Source: Octopus bimaculoides (lineage: Eukaryota). From it: a stretch of DNA of 63,807 nucleotides. Under the pieces are notes generated by a model. That model searched no databases and was not told where the DNA came from. It worked only from the letters and a program-made list of their open reading frames with translations. The position numbers and the translations under genes are program-made. Shown one piece after another: positions 25,068 through 38,570 of this stretch. Position 1 is the stretch's first letter, and each line of letters opens with the position of its first letter. The stretch lies in NCBI RefSeq assembly GCF_001194135.2, contig NC_069003.1, forward strand, positions 19,520,697-19,584,503. The letters run 5' to 3'.

Positions 25068-25771
25068 TGTACATATACTAATTGAAGAGTACAATATTAT
25101 ATATCCATTATGGCCAATCTTACCAATCAGTTTCGCACTAGGGGTTCAACAGGGCGTTAGACAACAGCCCGATTATGTAACCCTGTGCTCTTTGGAGATG
25201 GCCATTATGGAATGAAATATGATGACTGCTCTCTATTCTTGGAAGTGAAAATACACATCCAGTTTGTAGTTGCTGCAAATAAGATAACGAAACAAACCGT
25301 CAGAAAAATGGCGTACTCAGTACCATAAAAGAGATTATTGATATTTTATTTTAGTTGAGTCAGTCCCTTAATATTCTGAGTTTCACCCAAGATTCCTTTC
25401 CCTTCCCTTTTTTATCCTTTTATCATACTTTCGAACCATCACCATAACCTATGACAAGAAAACTATATATGTGTAAACCCCATCAATATCCAGTCGTAAT
25501 TAGCCTGAGGATGCCCTGTGTACCCACAAGTGAAACTCAAATTAATGAGAGTTTGACTTGACCAAAATAATATAGATGAGCAGAGGCCCTCAGAAATTCT
25601 AGGTTGATGTCCAGCATGCTGTAAGACTAATGGGAGTAAGGCACACCCTAGCTATTGTTAAAACATATTTCCAGGAGAACATCGCTCTGATATAAAACCA
25701 CATACACAGGGAATGGCACTGGACATTTTGGGGATCTTTTGCTTGCACTTGAGATCATGGAACTACTAAAT

Positions 25772-26032
25772 TCATGAGCCTGTTACCCATATTGGCACTG
25801 GATGTCTTGCTCTGGCATGGAGAGGGCTTGTGCAGTGCTGTGCAAGCCTTATTGGACCTAAAATTTTAGGTTGCACAATTGATGGAGAGGTGTTGTGGCT
25901 AGCATGGACGCTATGGGTTTGAATCTGAGTGAAGACAATTGTGAGTGCAATAAGCTCATGCACAGGCATTGCTGACATCTTGCACAGGCAACGGTCAGTG
26001 ACAGTCTTCCTCGATCGAGAGTGGACAACCAT
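25772..26032 (-). mobile_element. Possible RTE-like 5' region fragment
   Basis: GC-richer island beginning gatggttgtccactctcgatcgaggaagac on minus strand; family resemblance from memory only. Confidence 0.3.
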
Positions 26033-26049
26033 CAAATATATACATACAC

Positions 26050-26102
<53 letters not shown>

Positions 26103-27088
26103 TGTGTATGCATATGTACATGTGTGTGTGTGTGTGTGTGAGTATGTGTACACATGTGCTTGCATGTATGTATGCATGTGTGAATGTATATATATATTTG
26201 TGCATGTATGTTTGTGAAAGTGTGTGGTGTGTGTGTATTAGACTAGGAAAATGAACATGGTGTTTATGATATAAATTACAATATAATTCATTCCATCTTT
26301 GATGAAGAGCCACTACTCAAAATTTTGGTTATTATTGTATTTCTTCTCTTTACAACACATCAACATACTAAGTATTTGCATTTTAAAGAAACGAATCATG
26401 CTGATACAGACTATGGTTAGTCTCTTTGAATTTTTATGAATTTATTTCATATAAAATTAATATGGATTTGTTTTTTGTTGCTGTTAATTTTTTACACTCA
26501 AAATTCAAGTAATAACCCTATCATTATATTCTCACTTTCAAATGAATAACTTTATTATTATCATTATTGTTCCAATTATTATTAGTAGTAATAGTAGCAG
26601 AACTATTATTATTACTACAGTATTGTAATATTATTGTTATTATAACTACTACTACATACTATTGGGGGTTTTATTGCGACTACTACTAGTTATCATTATC
26701 ATCATCATTATTGTTGTTGTTTTTTTTCACAGTGGAGAAAAATTAAATCTGCATTTGAGAAAACAAAAAAAGAAAGAATAAAGAATCTGTGTGAATTTTA
26801 TCTCTTCTGTTGAAAGAACAGAAGCTAAATATAAAATTTAGTCCCCACTTTTTGGTTTATTTTTACACATTATTTCCATAAGAATTTAAAAACTTGTTTT
26901 TGTCATTGTTATCATGGTTTCTTTGTACATCATTTTTCTCTTTTCTTTATTGTTATAAGAGTAGGACTTTAATTCTAATTGTAAATCATGTGGAAGATAT
27001 TATGATTGAATATTATTGGAAAAATAGGTTGTACAGGAAGGGGTTAAACAACAGCAACAATAATAAAAATAACAACAACAATAATAAC

Positions 27089-27144
<56 letters not shown>

Positions 27145-27585
27145 TACCGACAAAGATACGTTGTGTATGAAATTGTTAAGAAGACATTACAAACTCTTTT
27201 CAAAGTTATTCCCTTTCTTCATTTGTCATATGTTTTAAGGAAATTTTTTTTGAGTTTTTTTCTTTAAAAAGATTCTCTTAAAAACTTTCTAGCATGGAGT
27301 GAAAACATCTACTGATTACTATTTTCTCTCTGCTACTTGTGTTGTACATTGGATTGTAGTCAAGCTTCAGCCAATTATATTGAGGTTTCAGCCAATTATA
27401 TTGACAAACCTAAAGTTAGTGCTGTCTGATATTTATTTGATCCGTTTCTATGTTTAAAAATATTAAGTCACTTCATTTGTTTTTTTTTTGTTTTTTTTTT
27501 ACATAAAGGGTTTGCACCCACAAACAAAGACACTCATAACAATTTATTAGTTTTGAAATTTATTTCCTTCAGTGATATACAATCA

Positions 27586-27893
27586 TCATCATCGTTTAAC
27601 GTCCGCTTTCCATGCTAGCATGGGTTGGATGATTTGACTGAGGACTGGTGAGAACCAGATGGCTACACCAGGCTCCAATCAGATGGCTACACCAGGCTCC
27701 AATCAGATGGCTACACCAGGCTCCAATCAGATTTGGCAGAGTTTCTACAGCTGGATGCCCTTCCTAACGCCAACCACTCAGAGAGTGTAGTGGGTGCTTT
27801 TACATGCCACCAGCATGAAGGCCAGTCAGGCAGTACTGGCAATGGCCACGCTCGAAATGGTGTATTTTATGTGCCACCTGCACAGGAGCCAGT
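27586..27893 (-). mobile_element. Young RTE-like LINE 3' UTR running into N-gap, with internal 24-bp triplication
   Basis: (CAT)n tail; agatggctacaccaggctccaatc x3 at 27657-27728. Confidence 0.9.
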
Positions 27894-28740
27894 NNNNNNN
27901 NNNNNNNNNNNNNNNNNNNNNNNNNNNNNNNNNNNNNNNNNNNNNNNNNNNNNNNNNNNNNNNNNNNNNNNNNNNNNNNNNNNNNNNNNNNNNNNNNNNN
28001 NNNNNNNNNNNNNNNNNNNNNNNNNNNNNNNNNNNNNNNNNNNNNNNNNNNNNNNNNNNNNNNNNNNNNNNNNNNNNNNNNNNNNNNNNNNNNNNNNNNN
28101 NNNNNNNNNNNNNNNNNNNNNNNNNNNNNNNNNNNNNNNNNNNNNNNNNNNNNNNNNNNNNNNNNNNNNNNNNNNNNNNNNNNNNNNNNNNNNNNNNNNN
28201 NNNNNNNNNNNNNNNNNNNNNNNNNNNNNNNNNNNNNNNNNNNNNNNNNNNNNNNNNNNNNNNNNNNNNNNNNNNNNNNNNNNNNNNNNNNNNNNNNNNN
28301 NNNNNNNNNNNNNNNNNNNNNNNNNNNNNNNNNNNNNNNNNNNNNNNNNNNNNNNNNNNNNNNNNNNNNNNNNNNNNNNNNNNNNNNNNNNNNNNNNNNN
28401 NNNNNNNNNNNNNNNNNNNNNNNNNNNNNNNNNNNNNNNNNNNNNNNNNNNNNNNNNNNNNNNNNNNNNNNNNNNNNNNNNNNNNNNNNNNNNNNNNNNN
28501 NNNNNNNNNNNNNNNNNNNNNNNNNNNNNNNNNNNNNNNNNNNNNNNNNNNNNNNNNNNNNNNNNNNNNNNNNNNNNNNNNNNNNNNNNNNNNNNNNNNN
28601 NNNNNNNNNNNNNNNNNNNNNNNNNNNNNNNNNNNNNNNNNNNNNNNNNNNNNNNNNNNNNNNNNNNNNNNNNNNNNNNNNNNNNNNNNNNNNNNNNNNN
28701 NNNNNNNNNNNNNNNNNNNNNNNNNNNNNNNNNNNNNNNN
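27894..28740. other. Largest assembly gap (N)
   Basis: Other gaps: 3198-3288, 31416-31772, 33039-33590, 38030-38039, 46080-46716, 55290-55456, 62152-62161. Confidence 0.99.
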
Positions 28741-29247
28741 TATATATATATATATTTATATATAAAGATATGAGGGGGTTAGTTCACTGGTGACCTAAAC
28801 GAAAAGGTAGTATGGGAAGGGGTTAAATAACAACAACAACAGAAATAATAACAACAAAGTTATGTTGTGTATGAATTTGTTAAGATATTACAAGCTCTTT
28901 TCATACATACATACATATGTATCTACATACATACATACATATATAAATATACAAATATACATACACACTCACATGTATACATATATATACACATATATTC
29001 ATAAACACACACACACACAAACTTCTAGTACGACATGGCACCTCAACTAAAAGGTTGTTCCTGTTGCAGGTGATGCTATAAAGATGTAGAATGAAAGAAA
29101 CAAGCTTCTTTAGAAATATTTCAGTTTTCAGGAACCAAATTTAAATTAATCATGCATGAAGTGGTTCAAAGCAAGAGAAATGTCAAAAAGTGTTAGCAGC
29201 TGAATCACTCAAGCAATTTGACAAAAATCTATGACGGTGCACAGCAA

Positions 29248-29286
<39 letters not shown>

Positions 29287-29794
29287 TGCGTGCGTGCGTG
29301 CGTGCATGCGTGCGTGCGTGCGTGCGTGTGTGTGTGTGTGTACTAAACGCCCCATAAAGGCGGAAGCATTTAACTTTGGTGAAATGCTATCAATGTAGTC
29401 TAGTGCATGAGATATTGTGTTATTTTTAAATGTGCATGCATGTGTGCCACTGAATGTGTGCACGTATGTACACACACGAATATATATGCATGTATACACA
29501 CAAATATGCACACACATATATGAATAAATAACTGCATATACATGCATGCATGTAGTAAGAGAATAAAAATATCTATTTATCTGTGTTTAAAGTTCCACAA
29601 TAAAAGGCTTAAGAACTGTAGTTTAACTACTTTAAATTTACTTTAGGTTTTGTAATAGACAGTATTGTGCATACATATTTATCATTATATTATATTATAT
29701 CATATTATATATGGTGCTCCAGCATGGCTGCAGTCAAATGACTGAAAGAAGTAAAAGATTAAAGGGACTAAGATATCTTGCACCTTGCTGGTCT

Positions 29795-30075
29795 TGATAA
29801 GACCCATCTACCACAGTGGAATTGATATCTGTGCTGGTGCCACATAAAAAGCACTAGCAATGGTATCACATGAAAAGCACTGATGATGGTGCCACATAAA
29901 AAGCACTGGTAGTGGCGCCATGTACAAAGTACTGGTGCTACATAAAAAGCATCCAACACACTCAGTAAAGTGGTTGGCATTAGGAAGGGCAACCGGCTGT
30001 AGAACAGACAATGGAGCCTAGGGTGGCTCCTGGCCTTACCAGCTACTGTCAAACCATCGAGCCCATGCTAGATGA
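29795..30075 (+). mobile_element. Older RTE-like 3' UTR with tandem ggtgccacataaaaagcact units
   Basis: Homologous to 18600-18860. Confidence 0.75.
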
Positions 30076-30090
30076 TATATATATTGAGAG

Positions 30091-30140
<50 letters not shown>

Positions 30141-30196
30141 CTATACACACATGTTTAAGTGGAAATATTTTGCAGCTGATGACTGACTCCATCCAG

Positions 30197-30239
30197 CTTC
30201 TACATGCTCATCCAGGCATACAAATATGAAATATGGAAG
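30197..30239 (+). CDS. Candidate 43-nt internal coding exon (xFYMLIQAYKYEIWK), protein unknown
   Basis: ctgactccatccag| acceptor, perfect AAG|GTAAGT donor, open frame, non-repetitive; no homolog recognised. Confidence 0.3.
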
Positions 30240-30567
30240 GTAAGTAATGACAAAGTGAATCAACTCAACACTTATACACACAGATTTGGATATGGTTGTC
30301 TGATTTACAACCATGTGGGTCCAGATACACTTCCACTGCATATCAGCTTACCAGGTGTCTTCTATTACAGAATCAGGCTCATCTTATGAGTGTGTAATTT
30401 TGTTGCTGAGCTTTGATGTGTGCGTATGTGCCTGAACATGTGTGAGCGTATGCCTCTCTTTGCGTGAGTCTGTATGAGTATGTATGCATGCATTATAGGT
30501 GCAAGCATGGAAGTGTGCTTTACAAAGATTGTTAGGCAATCATGTTTCAGGTTTAACCCCACTTCAT

Positions 30568-30717
30568 ATGTGGCTGTGTGGTAAGAAGCTTGCTTCCCAA
30601 TCACATGGTTCCAGGTTTGCTCCCACTGTGTGGAGCATTGGACAAGTATGTTTTACTATAGCCTTGAGCCAATCAAAGCCTTATGAGTGGATTTGTTAGA
30701 TGGAAACTGAAAGAAGC
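30568..30717 (+). mobile_element. SINE family B, 5' part
   Basis: gtggctgtgtggtaagaagcttgcttcccaa...gatggaaactgaaagaagc. Confidence 0.8.
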
Positions 30718-31350
30718 TGCTTGTGCATAAAGGTGTGTGTGTCAGTGGGGTAGGTGTTCATATCTTTTTGTGTTGATATTGTACACTAATTGCAAACAAA
30801 TATGACCACCATGCAAACAGTATCATTTGTTTGGAATCTTCTATGAAAACATGTCCAGCCATTGCACTGTTCATGTTCAAAGCTCTTGGGAAAATATTGC
30901 CTTGATTGGAAAGAGAGAGAGCATTTGACCATAAAACTAAAATCTGCCACAATGTATTTCATCTGACCCATGCAAGCATAGAAAAATGGACATTAAACTG
31001 GTAATGATATATATATATATGTATGTGTGTATATAAATGTGTATATAAACTTATACATTATATACGTACACATGCCCACATTTCACATACACATACATAC
31101 AAGTACAAATTTTTTGTACATTGGCAAATTTTTTGTACATTGGCAAATTTTTTGTACATCGGTGCAATATGACATACAAGCATTAATACATTCCTGTTAT
31201 ATCATAAATGTGTGTGTATGCATGCATTAATATACAAATGTTATATAATACTTCATTTATAGTCATATACTACTGTATAGATTACAGATGCATTTCTAAG
31301 CATGTACATATCTGTGTGCATGTATGTATGTATGTATATATATATATGCA

Positions 31351-31415
<65 letters not shown>

Positions 31416-32387
31416 NNNNNNNNNNNNNNNNNNNNNNNNNNNNNNNNNNNNNNNNNNNNNNNNNNNNNNNNNNNNNNNNNNNNNNNNNNNNNNNNNNNNN
31501 NNNNNNNNNNNNNNNNNNNNNNNNNNNNNNNNNNNNNNNNNNNNNNNNNNNNNNNNNNNNNNNNNNNNNNNNNNNNNNNNNNNNNNNNNNNNNNNNNNNN
31601 NNNNNNNNNNNNNNNNNNNNNNNNNNNNNNNNNNNNNNNNNNNNNNNNNNNNNNNNNNNNNNNNNNNNNNNNNNNNNNNNNNNNNNNNNNNNNNNNNNNN
31701 NNNNNNNNNNNNNNNNNNNNNNNNNNNNNNNNNNNNNNNNNNNNNNNNNNNNNNNNNNNNNNNNNNNNNNNNAAATAAATAAGTAAATAAACAACCCAAC
31801 CAAGCTTTTATTTTTGTGTGAAGGAATTAAAGATAAGGTCATGCTTTCCCATCACCCTGTAACTCTTCCATATTTAATGCTCTCCCTTCCCTATAACTCT
31901 CGCATTTAAGGCTCCCCACACTTGTAGCTTTTGGACTTTTTTTTTTTTTTGAATGGGGATGCAGTTTCTTTCTGTGCGTGCGCATGCATATCATAGTCCT
32001 TTTCTCTCTTCCTACAAGAGAGAGAGGAAGAGGAAGAGGAAGTAGGGAAAGATAAAGAGAAACAAAGAGGAAAAGACAGAAAGAGACAGACTCAGGACTG
32101 AGAGAGAGTGGCAGATTGTGAGAGAGAAACTAAGAGACAGTGAGAAAGAGTAGGAGATAGTGAGGGAGAGAGAAAGAAAGAGAGAGTAGGAGATAGTGAG
32201 AGTGTGGGAAATTGAGAGAGTGGTAGAACATGAGACAGTAGGAGATAGTGTGTGTGTGTGTGTGTGTGCATGCGAGAGGGTGAGAGACAGAGAGGTGAAA
32301 GAAGTATGGGTTATCAAGATAGTGTAAAAGTAGAATGAATTAGAGGAGTAAAAATGAAAGAAGGAATATAAAGGAGAGAGAAAAGGT

Positions 32388-32423
<36 letters not shown>

Positions 32424-32985
32424 GAGAGAGAGGGAAGGGGAGAGAGAGAGAGAGGGAAGGGGAGAGAGAGAGAGAGAGGGAAGGGGAGAGAGAGAGAGAG
32501 AGAGGTGAGTAGAAATACAATGATATGCAGTACTATCTTTTGATGTTCATCAAAGACGAAGGAGGGGGGAAAAACTAAGACTATAATAATAAGTAATGAT
32601 TGTAGGTTTATATGGAAAGGTGCATTACTGAATGTGTGGAGTGGTCTGGGTTGAGAAGCTGAATGAAGGCAGAAATAGAGGGTGGATAAGAGGTTAAGAT
32701 GAATAAATACAGGCTCATGCATGCAGCACACACATATATGAACACAAATGAGCAGATATAATGTGTGTGTGTGTGTGAATTATATATACATACATGCATA
32801 TATACATATAGATACATATATATATACACATAAATATACATATACATATAGATACACATAAATATACATACATATATATAAACACATATATACACATATA
32901 TATATAAACACACATACATACACACATATATATATATATAAACACATACATATACAAATATATATACACATACATATATACATAC

Positions 32986-33038
<53 letters not shown>

Positions 33039-34119
33039 NNNNNNNNNNNNNNNNNNNNNNNNNNNNNNNNNNNNNNNNNNNNNNNNNNNNNNNNNNNNNN
33101 NNNNNNNNNNNNNNNNNNNNNNNNNNNNNNNNNNNNNNNNNNNNNNNNNNNNNNNNNNNNNNNNNNNNNNNNNNNNNNNNNNNNNNNNNNNNNNNNNNNN
33201 NNNNNNNNNNNNNNNNNNNNNNNNNNNNNNNNNNNNNNNNNNNNNNNNNNNNNNNNNNNNNNNNNNNNNNNNNNNNNNNNNNNNNNNNNNNNNNNNNNNN
33301 NNNNNNNNNNNNNNNNNNNNNNNNNNNNNNNNNNNNNNNNNNNNNNNNNNNNNNNNNNNNNNNNNNNNNNNNNNNNNNNNNNNNNNNNNNNNNNNNNNNN
33401 NNNNNNNNNNNNNNNNNNNNNNNNNNNNNNNNNNNNNNNNNNNNNNNNNNNNNNNNNNNNNNNNNNNNNNNNNNNNNNNNNNNNNNNNNNNNNNNNNNNN
33501 NNNNNNNNNNNNNNNNNNNNNNNNNNNNNNNNNNNNNNNNNNNNNNNNNNNNNNNNNNNNNNNNNNNNNNNNNNNNNNNNNNNNNNNNNNCCCCACCCTC
33601 CCCAGCACCATTCAACTGTGTTCAATCAGGTTTATTGTCTTACACTTTCTTCATCTCCCTTTTCTTTGCAAAAATATTCTCACTTGATGGTACATACTAA
33701 AATCCAATTAAACTGCCATATTTTTCAACACTTCTTCTTTCATCCTTTATTTCCTTTCTACCTTTCATTCTTCCTTTCTATCTCCATCTTTCCTCCAGAT
33801 CTTTCCCATACAGTTCTTTTGTCTCGCAGTTTTCTTTGTCTATACTCTATATCTCTTTCTCTTGGTTCAACCAATGAGATTTTACTAACTTTCGTTTGAC
33901 TTTTCAGACCTTAGTCAAAAGTTATATTTATTTAATAAAATACTGAAAGATTAATGTATATAACTTTATGTTTATATATCTGTAAGTCTTAGTTTTGAAG
34001 ATTGGGGAGATGTGAAAATACACTATTGTACTCTTAAGTAAAAAGAAAATATTTGAGAATCTTATTACACATCTGTTTCAAGATAATTGTCCCTCATCAG
34101 TGATGCACTACTACTATTC

Positions 34120-34246
34120 CAGTGTTCCACAGCCAGTGTTCCATGGCACACCGGTGTACCATGAGATGATTTTTAGTTCAGATGTGCCGCTGAATTTTGA
34201 AAAGAATATAAGTGTACAGCAAGGGAAAACAGGTTGCAGAGTACTG
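34120..34246. mobile_element. Short hAT-like MITE remnant
   Basis: cagtgttcc...ggcacaccggtgtacc...gtgtgccgc...aggttgcagagtactg; CAGT..CTG termini; no TSD seen. Confidence 0.45.
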
Positions 34247-35342
34247 TAAGAGATAGTGAGAGTGTGTGTGAGATAATTTTGAATCTATATCACAATATAT
34301 AATAGCAGCTTATCAGGATGTAACAGTACTGATCCTCATGATTTGCATATAATACATTAATTGGCCATATAGTAAATTAAATTATACACAGGGACGGCCA
34401 AGAATTGTGCACCAAAATATTCAATATTTTATTTATATAACATTATTATTATTCATTTTGTTCATCATTTATAAGTGTATTCATAATTATTTTATGTCAT
34501 TCAATTTAAGTAAACTTGAAGCATGTCTTTAACAATTCCAGAGATTACTGAACTTATTTTGTGCATGACTTTTGGCTCACTCTGTATATCATATATAATT
34601 CAAAAGCTCATTCTGAATACCAAATGTGTATAATGTAGATAAATTCACAGTTACTTGAAAGCCTTAGCTGTGGGGGATTGAGGTAAAATGAAAATGTGAC
34701 TCTAGCTTAGGTGATATATTAACTTTGCCATTCATATTACTAGTCACCTGAACCACCCCAGGTAGTTTGAACCAGTTATGCCAGGACAACTATACAAGAG
34801 GACCCTAATATTGCACCATTTTTAGGAAGTAAAGATTATTCCCTCACTTTTCAATAATTACATCCTTCTTAGATATATAATGAAATGTATAAAAAGACTC
34901 TCACAAAACTGCAAAGGTATTACTGAACATAAAAACAAAAGAAAAATTTTAAAATTTTATATATAACTTAAATATTAAAGTGACTTCTGAATCACATTGC
35001 ATACATATACACACACACACACTCACACACTGCTGCCACCACTAACAATATTTCTGTGTCCACTTTGTTTATGTCTTGAAGCATGTTGGTTCCACATAAA
35101 AGGCACCCAGTACACCCTATGAAGCAGATGGAATTAGGAAGGGCATCCAGCTGTAGAAACACAGCCAAAGCAGACAATTGGAACCTGGGTAGCTCCTGTC
35201 AAACCATCCAACCCATGCCAGCTTAGAAAGCAGATGCTAAAAGATGATGACACACATACACATATATACATAAAAAATATACATTATATATACCCATGCA
35301 GTGCTTTTAGAAGTCAGTTTCATTATTGTATGTGTGTGTATG

Positions 35343-35388
<46 letters not shown>

Positions 35389-35519
35389 CTCACACATATA
35401 CACAGATATACAAAATAAGTTAAAGATGCTAGATAAAAGTTTTTCAAATTTTAGAAATGCAACTTTGAAGAGATTTCAAAAGGATATTCAAAACTAGAAC
35501 TTGTTTAAAAGTATTTATA

Positions 35520-35556
<37 letters not shown>

Positions 35557-36239
35557 ATGTATGTATATATACACATGCACATGTATTAGTTATGTAACAT
35601 CAAATATACATTTAGACTTACGAAAGAGTACTTAATACATTAAATGTATATAAATATATCTATAATTTCAATACATGAAATACACACAGTAAACTAAAAC
35701 TTCTATAGAGAAGATATGAGATATGCAAACGCACACATGCATGCGTGCGTGTGAGTGTGTGTGTGCGTATATATATATATATATATATACACACACATAT
35801 ATATATGTGTAAACCATTAAATATAATATATATTATAAGCAAAAATTTAAGGAGAATATTGGTGATCTGTCTCTGCAAGAATCTATTCAATAAAACATAT
35901 AAATTATATCTCATTCTCTGATTTAGAAAGCTCAACAAAATAACGAAGATATATTTTCTCCTTACAACAAACTTATACATTTATTTATTATATTTTTTTC
36001 CTCTTGGTATTACAGAATATTAATTCAAAACAGTTGTAGTAACAATAAACAACATGGAGGTAGACTCTAAGGAAACCATATTTTCAACTTAATTTTCATT
36101 CATATCTTAACCAACCCATCTGAGATTGAGTTTGGTTCCATCATGTGGTGTTCCCCATCTTCAAGTACTCATACATGAGCCCACAGTCATTTTAAGTAAA
36201 ACCCAAAACATTTTTCTCCAATTTTGTTCCAAATAGGTT

Positions 36240-36457
36240 TATCTTTTAACTGTTTCTGTCATTAGATTGTGGCCATGCTGGGGTATGGTCTTGAAGGATT
36301 TTCAGTTGAATGCATCGACTCCAGTACTTCTTTTCTTAAAGCCTGGCACTTATTCTATCGGTCTCTTTTGTTCAGTCACCAAGTTGTGGGGATGCAAACA
36401 CACTAACATTGGTTGTCAAACAGTGGCAAGGGATAAATACAGACACACACACACACA

Positions 36458-36502
<45 letters not shown>

Positions 36503-36666
36503 GAATATATACAATGAGCTTCTTTCAGTTTCTGTCTACCAGATCCACTCACAAGGCTTTGGTTAGCCTGAGGCTATAGAAGAGACCTGCCCAAGGTGCC
36601 ACACAATGGGACTGAACTTGGAACCATGTGATTGGGAAGCAAACTTCTTACCACACAGCATACCTG
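36240..36666 (-). mobile_element. SINE family B
   Basis: Reverse complement of family B with internal (CA)n. Confidence 0.85.
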
Positions 36667-36691
36667 TATGTATAATGAAAAGTAAATTGTT

Positions 36692-37080
36692 TTATTTTAA
36701 CTTGTCCAAATTCATGATTACTTCCAGAATTAATTGAAACATGTTAGTAGTGTATTTCATTAAAAGTATGTCCACGAAATGGTTAAATACTCTAAGTTCA
36801 CAAATTTGGATGTGTCTGTATGCCATAGAGATGGGTATGAGTAACAAGAATACTGGTGATTCAGAAGGAGAAATAGTTTTAATAATTTGTGGTGGATGGA
36901 TGGTTCTCATCCATGAACAAGGATTCAATTGTTTGATCATCTGGATTACATGCTCATTGACTTTAATGTCAAAATGGCTGAGTATTTCTGACTTAGGGAA
37001 GTTAGTAATAAAAGGTTGATGGGTAGACACCTGTACACTTATCCCTTTTGATACCAACCTATCCAAGACTGCCTCAGGTC
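36692..37080 (-). mobile_element. L2/CR1-group LINE ORF2 fragment (between APE and RT)
   Basis: 124-aa ORF: ILSHF..VNEHVIQMIKQLNPCSW...HPPQIIKTISPSESPVFLLLI.ISM resembles the L2 linker (LxxF..V.EEV...I..L.PSSC.LDPIP..LLKTISPS..P). Confidence 0.5.
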
Positions 37081-37769
37081 CTATAATAATAATTTCTTAT
37101 ATAAAGAGCTCTAAATTAAAACCTTCAATCAAAATTTTAATGCTATGTTCCAGACACCAGCTTAATAACAAAGTTATTTTACTTAATTTACTATCTTCAA
37201 AATTAATTTGAAAAACTAACATATTTCAATAGGAATATAGTAACAAAAGGGTTAAAACGTTATATGGCTCTATCAGTTTATGCCTTCTAAGACTTCTACT
37301 ATAAAAATTTCATGTTATTTTACAGACCAAACACCAGCTAACTAATAGTGACAAAGTTGTTTTACTAAATTCGTCATTATTTTCAAAATGAATTAAAACA
37401 CAGGTGGTATATTTCAACAAAAATATAATGAAAAGGTGAGTGTAATTTTTAGGCAGGTTCAGCATAATACACTGCATGACAAGTCCATATTTAGAATTAC
37501 AGGTACAATCCACCTGATATGCTTCTATGCAGTTTTTGTCCACCAAATTTCACTCACAAGGTATGGGTTGTCAAGAGGCTATAGAAAGTGCTATCTGCTC
37601 AAGATGCCAAGTAGAAGGATCAATTTCCAGGACTTTGTGTTTGTGAAGTGAACTTTTTAAACATTTGCACAATTTATGGTCGAGTTGGAGGAACTGAACT
37701 CATGCCAAATGCCTAATATTTGATAATATTTTGTCCAATGTGATAATGATTCAGCCAGTTTGTCATGTT

Positions 37770-37772
<3 letters not shown>

Positions 37773-37846
<74 letters not shown>

Positions 37847-37865
37847 TGATAATAATAATAATAAT
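37773..37865. repeat. (AAT)n microsatellite flanking the Dong-like insert
   Basis: Direct reading. Confidence 0.95.
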
Positions 37866-38243
37866 ATTCAAACTGACAGAAAGATAGACGCAAATAGGCC
37901 AGACATCATACTGAAAGACTTCAGACAAAAATCATGCCTCCTCATTGATATGACTGTCCCAATCGATATAAACGTATCTGTCAAGACCTACCAAAAACTG
38001 AGCAAATATAAAGATCTGGAAATAGAAATNNNNNNNNNNTGTCTATGTGATCTCAAATTTTAAAGCAAACACATAATTTTCTTATGGTTTCTTAAAACAT
38101 TCACTTGAACAAAACTGTACAAATCCAAATATATGGTACCCTAGGCATAACACCTACATGAACTTCTAACTTGTTGTCTCTTGAGGTCTCTGGGTGAGAC
38201 TTGGATCCAACTTGTACAAATGCAAAACAAAAGTCAAACATAA

Positions 38244-38246
<3 letters not shown>
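37866..38246 (+). mobile_element. 5'-truncated R4/Dong-like non-LTR element inside (AAT)n
   Basis: Uninterrupted IQTDRKIDANRPDIILKDFRQKSCLLIDMTVPIDINVSVKTYQKLSKYKDLEIE (RLE PD-(D/E)xK region), N-gap, putative 3' UTR, then (AAT)n resumes. Confidence 0.88.
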
Positions 38247-38291
<45 letters not shown>

Positions 38292-38570
38292 CCTTTCTAC
38301 TACAGGTACAAAGCCTGAAATTTTGAGGGAAGGAGGATAGTTGATTACATTGACTCCAGTGCTCTACTGGTACCTATTTCATCAACCCCAAAAGGGATGA
38401 AAGACCAAGTCAACCACAGCAGAACTTGAACTCAGAATGTAATGACGGATAAAATGCTGCTAAGTATTTTGCATGGTGCACTAACAATTCTGCCAGCTTA
38501 ATCTCAGAAATTCAGAAAAATTCATTGTTTCATTCTACTGCTCATATTATGGTGTGTGTGTGTGTGTGTG

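Noticed and set aside
29835-29960. Regularly spaced ggtgccacataaaaagcact units resembling a CRISPR array
   Set aside because: Eukaryotic LINE 3' UTR tandem units; spacers too short and related; no cas genes
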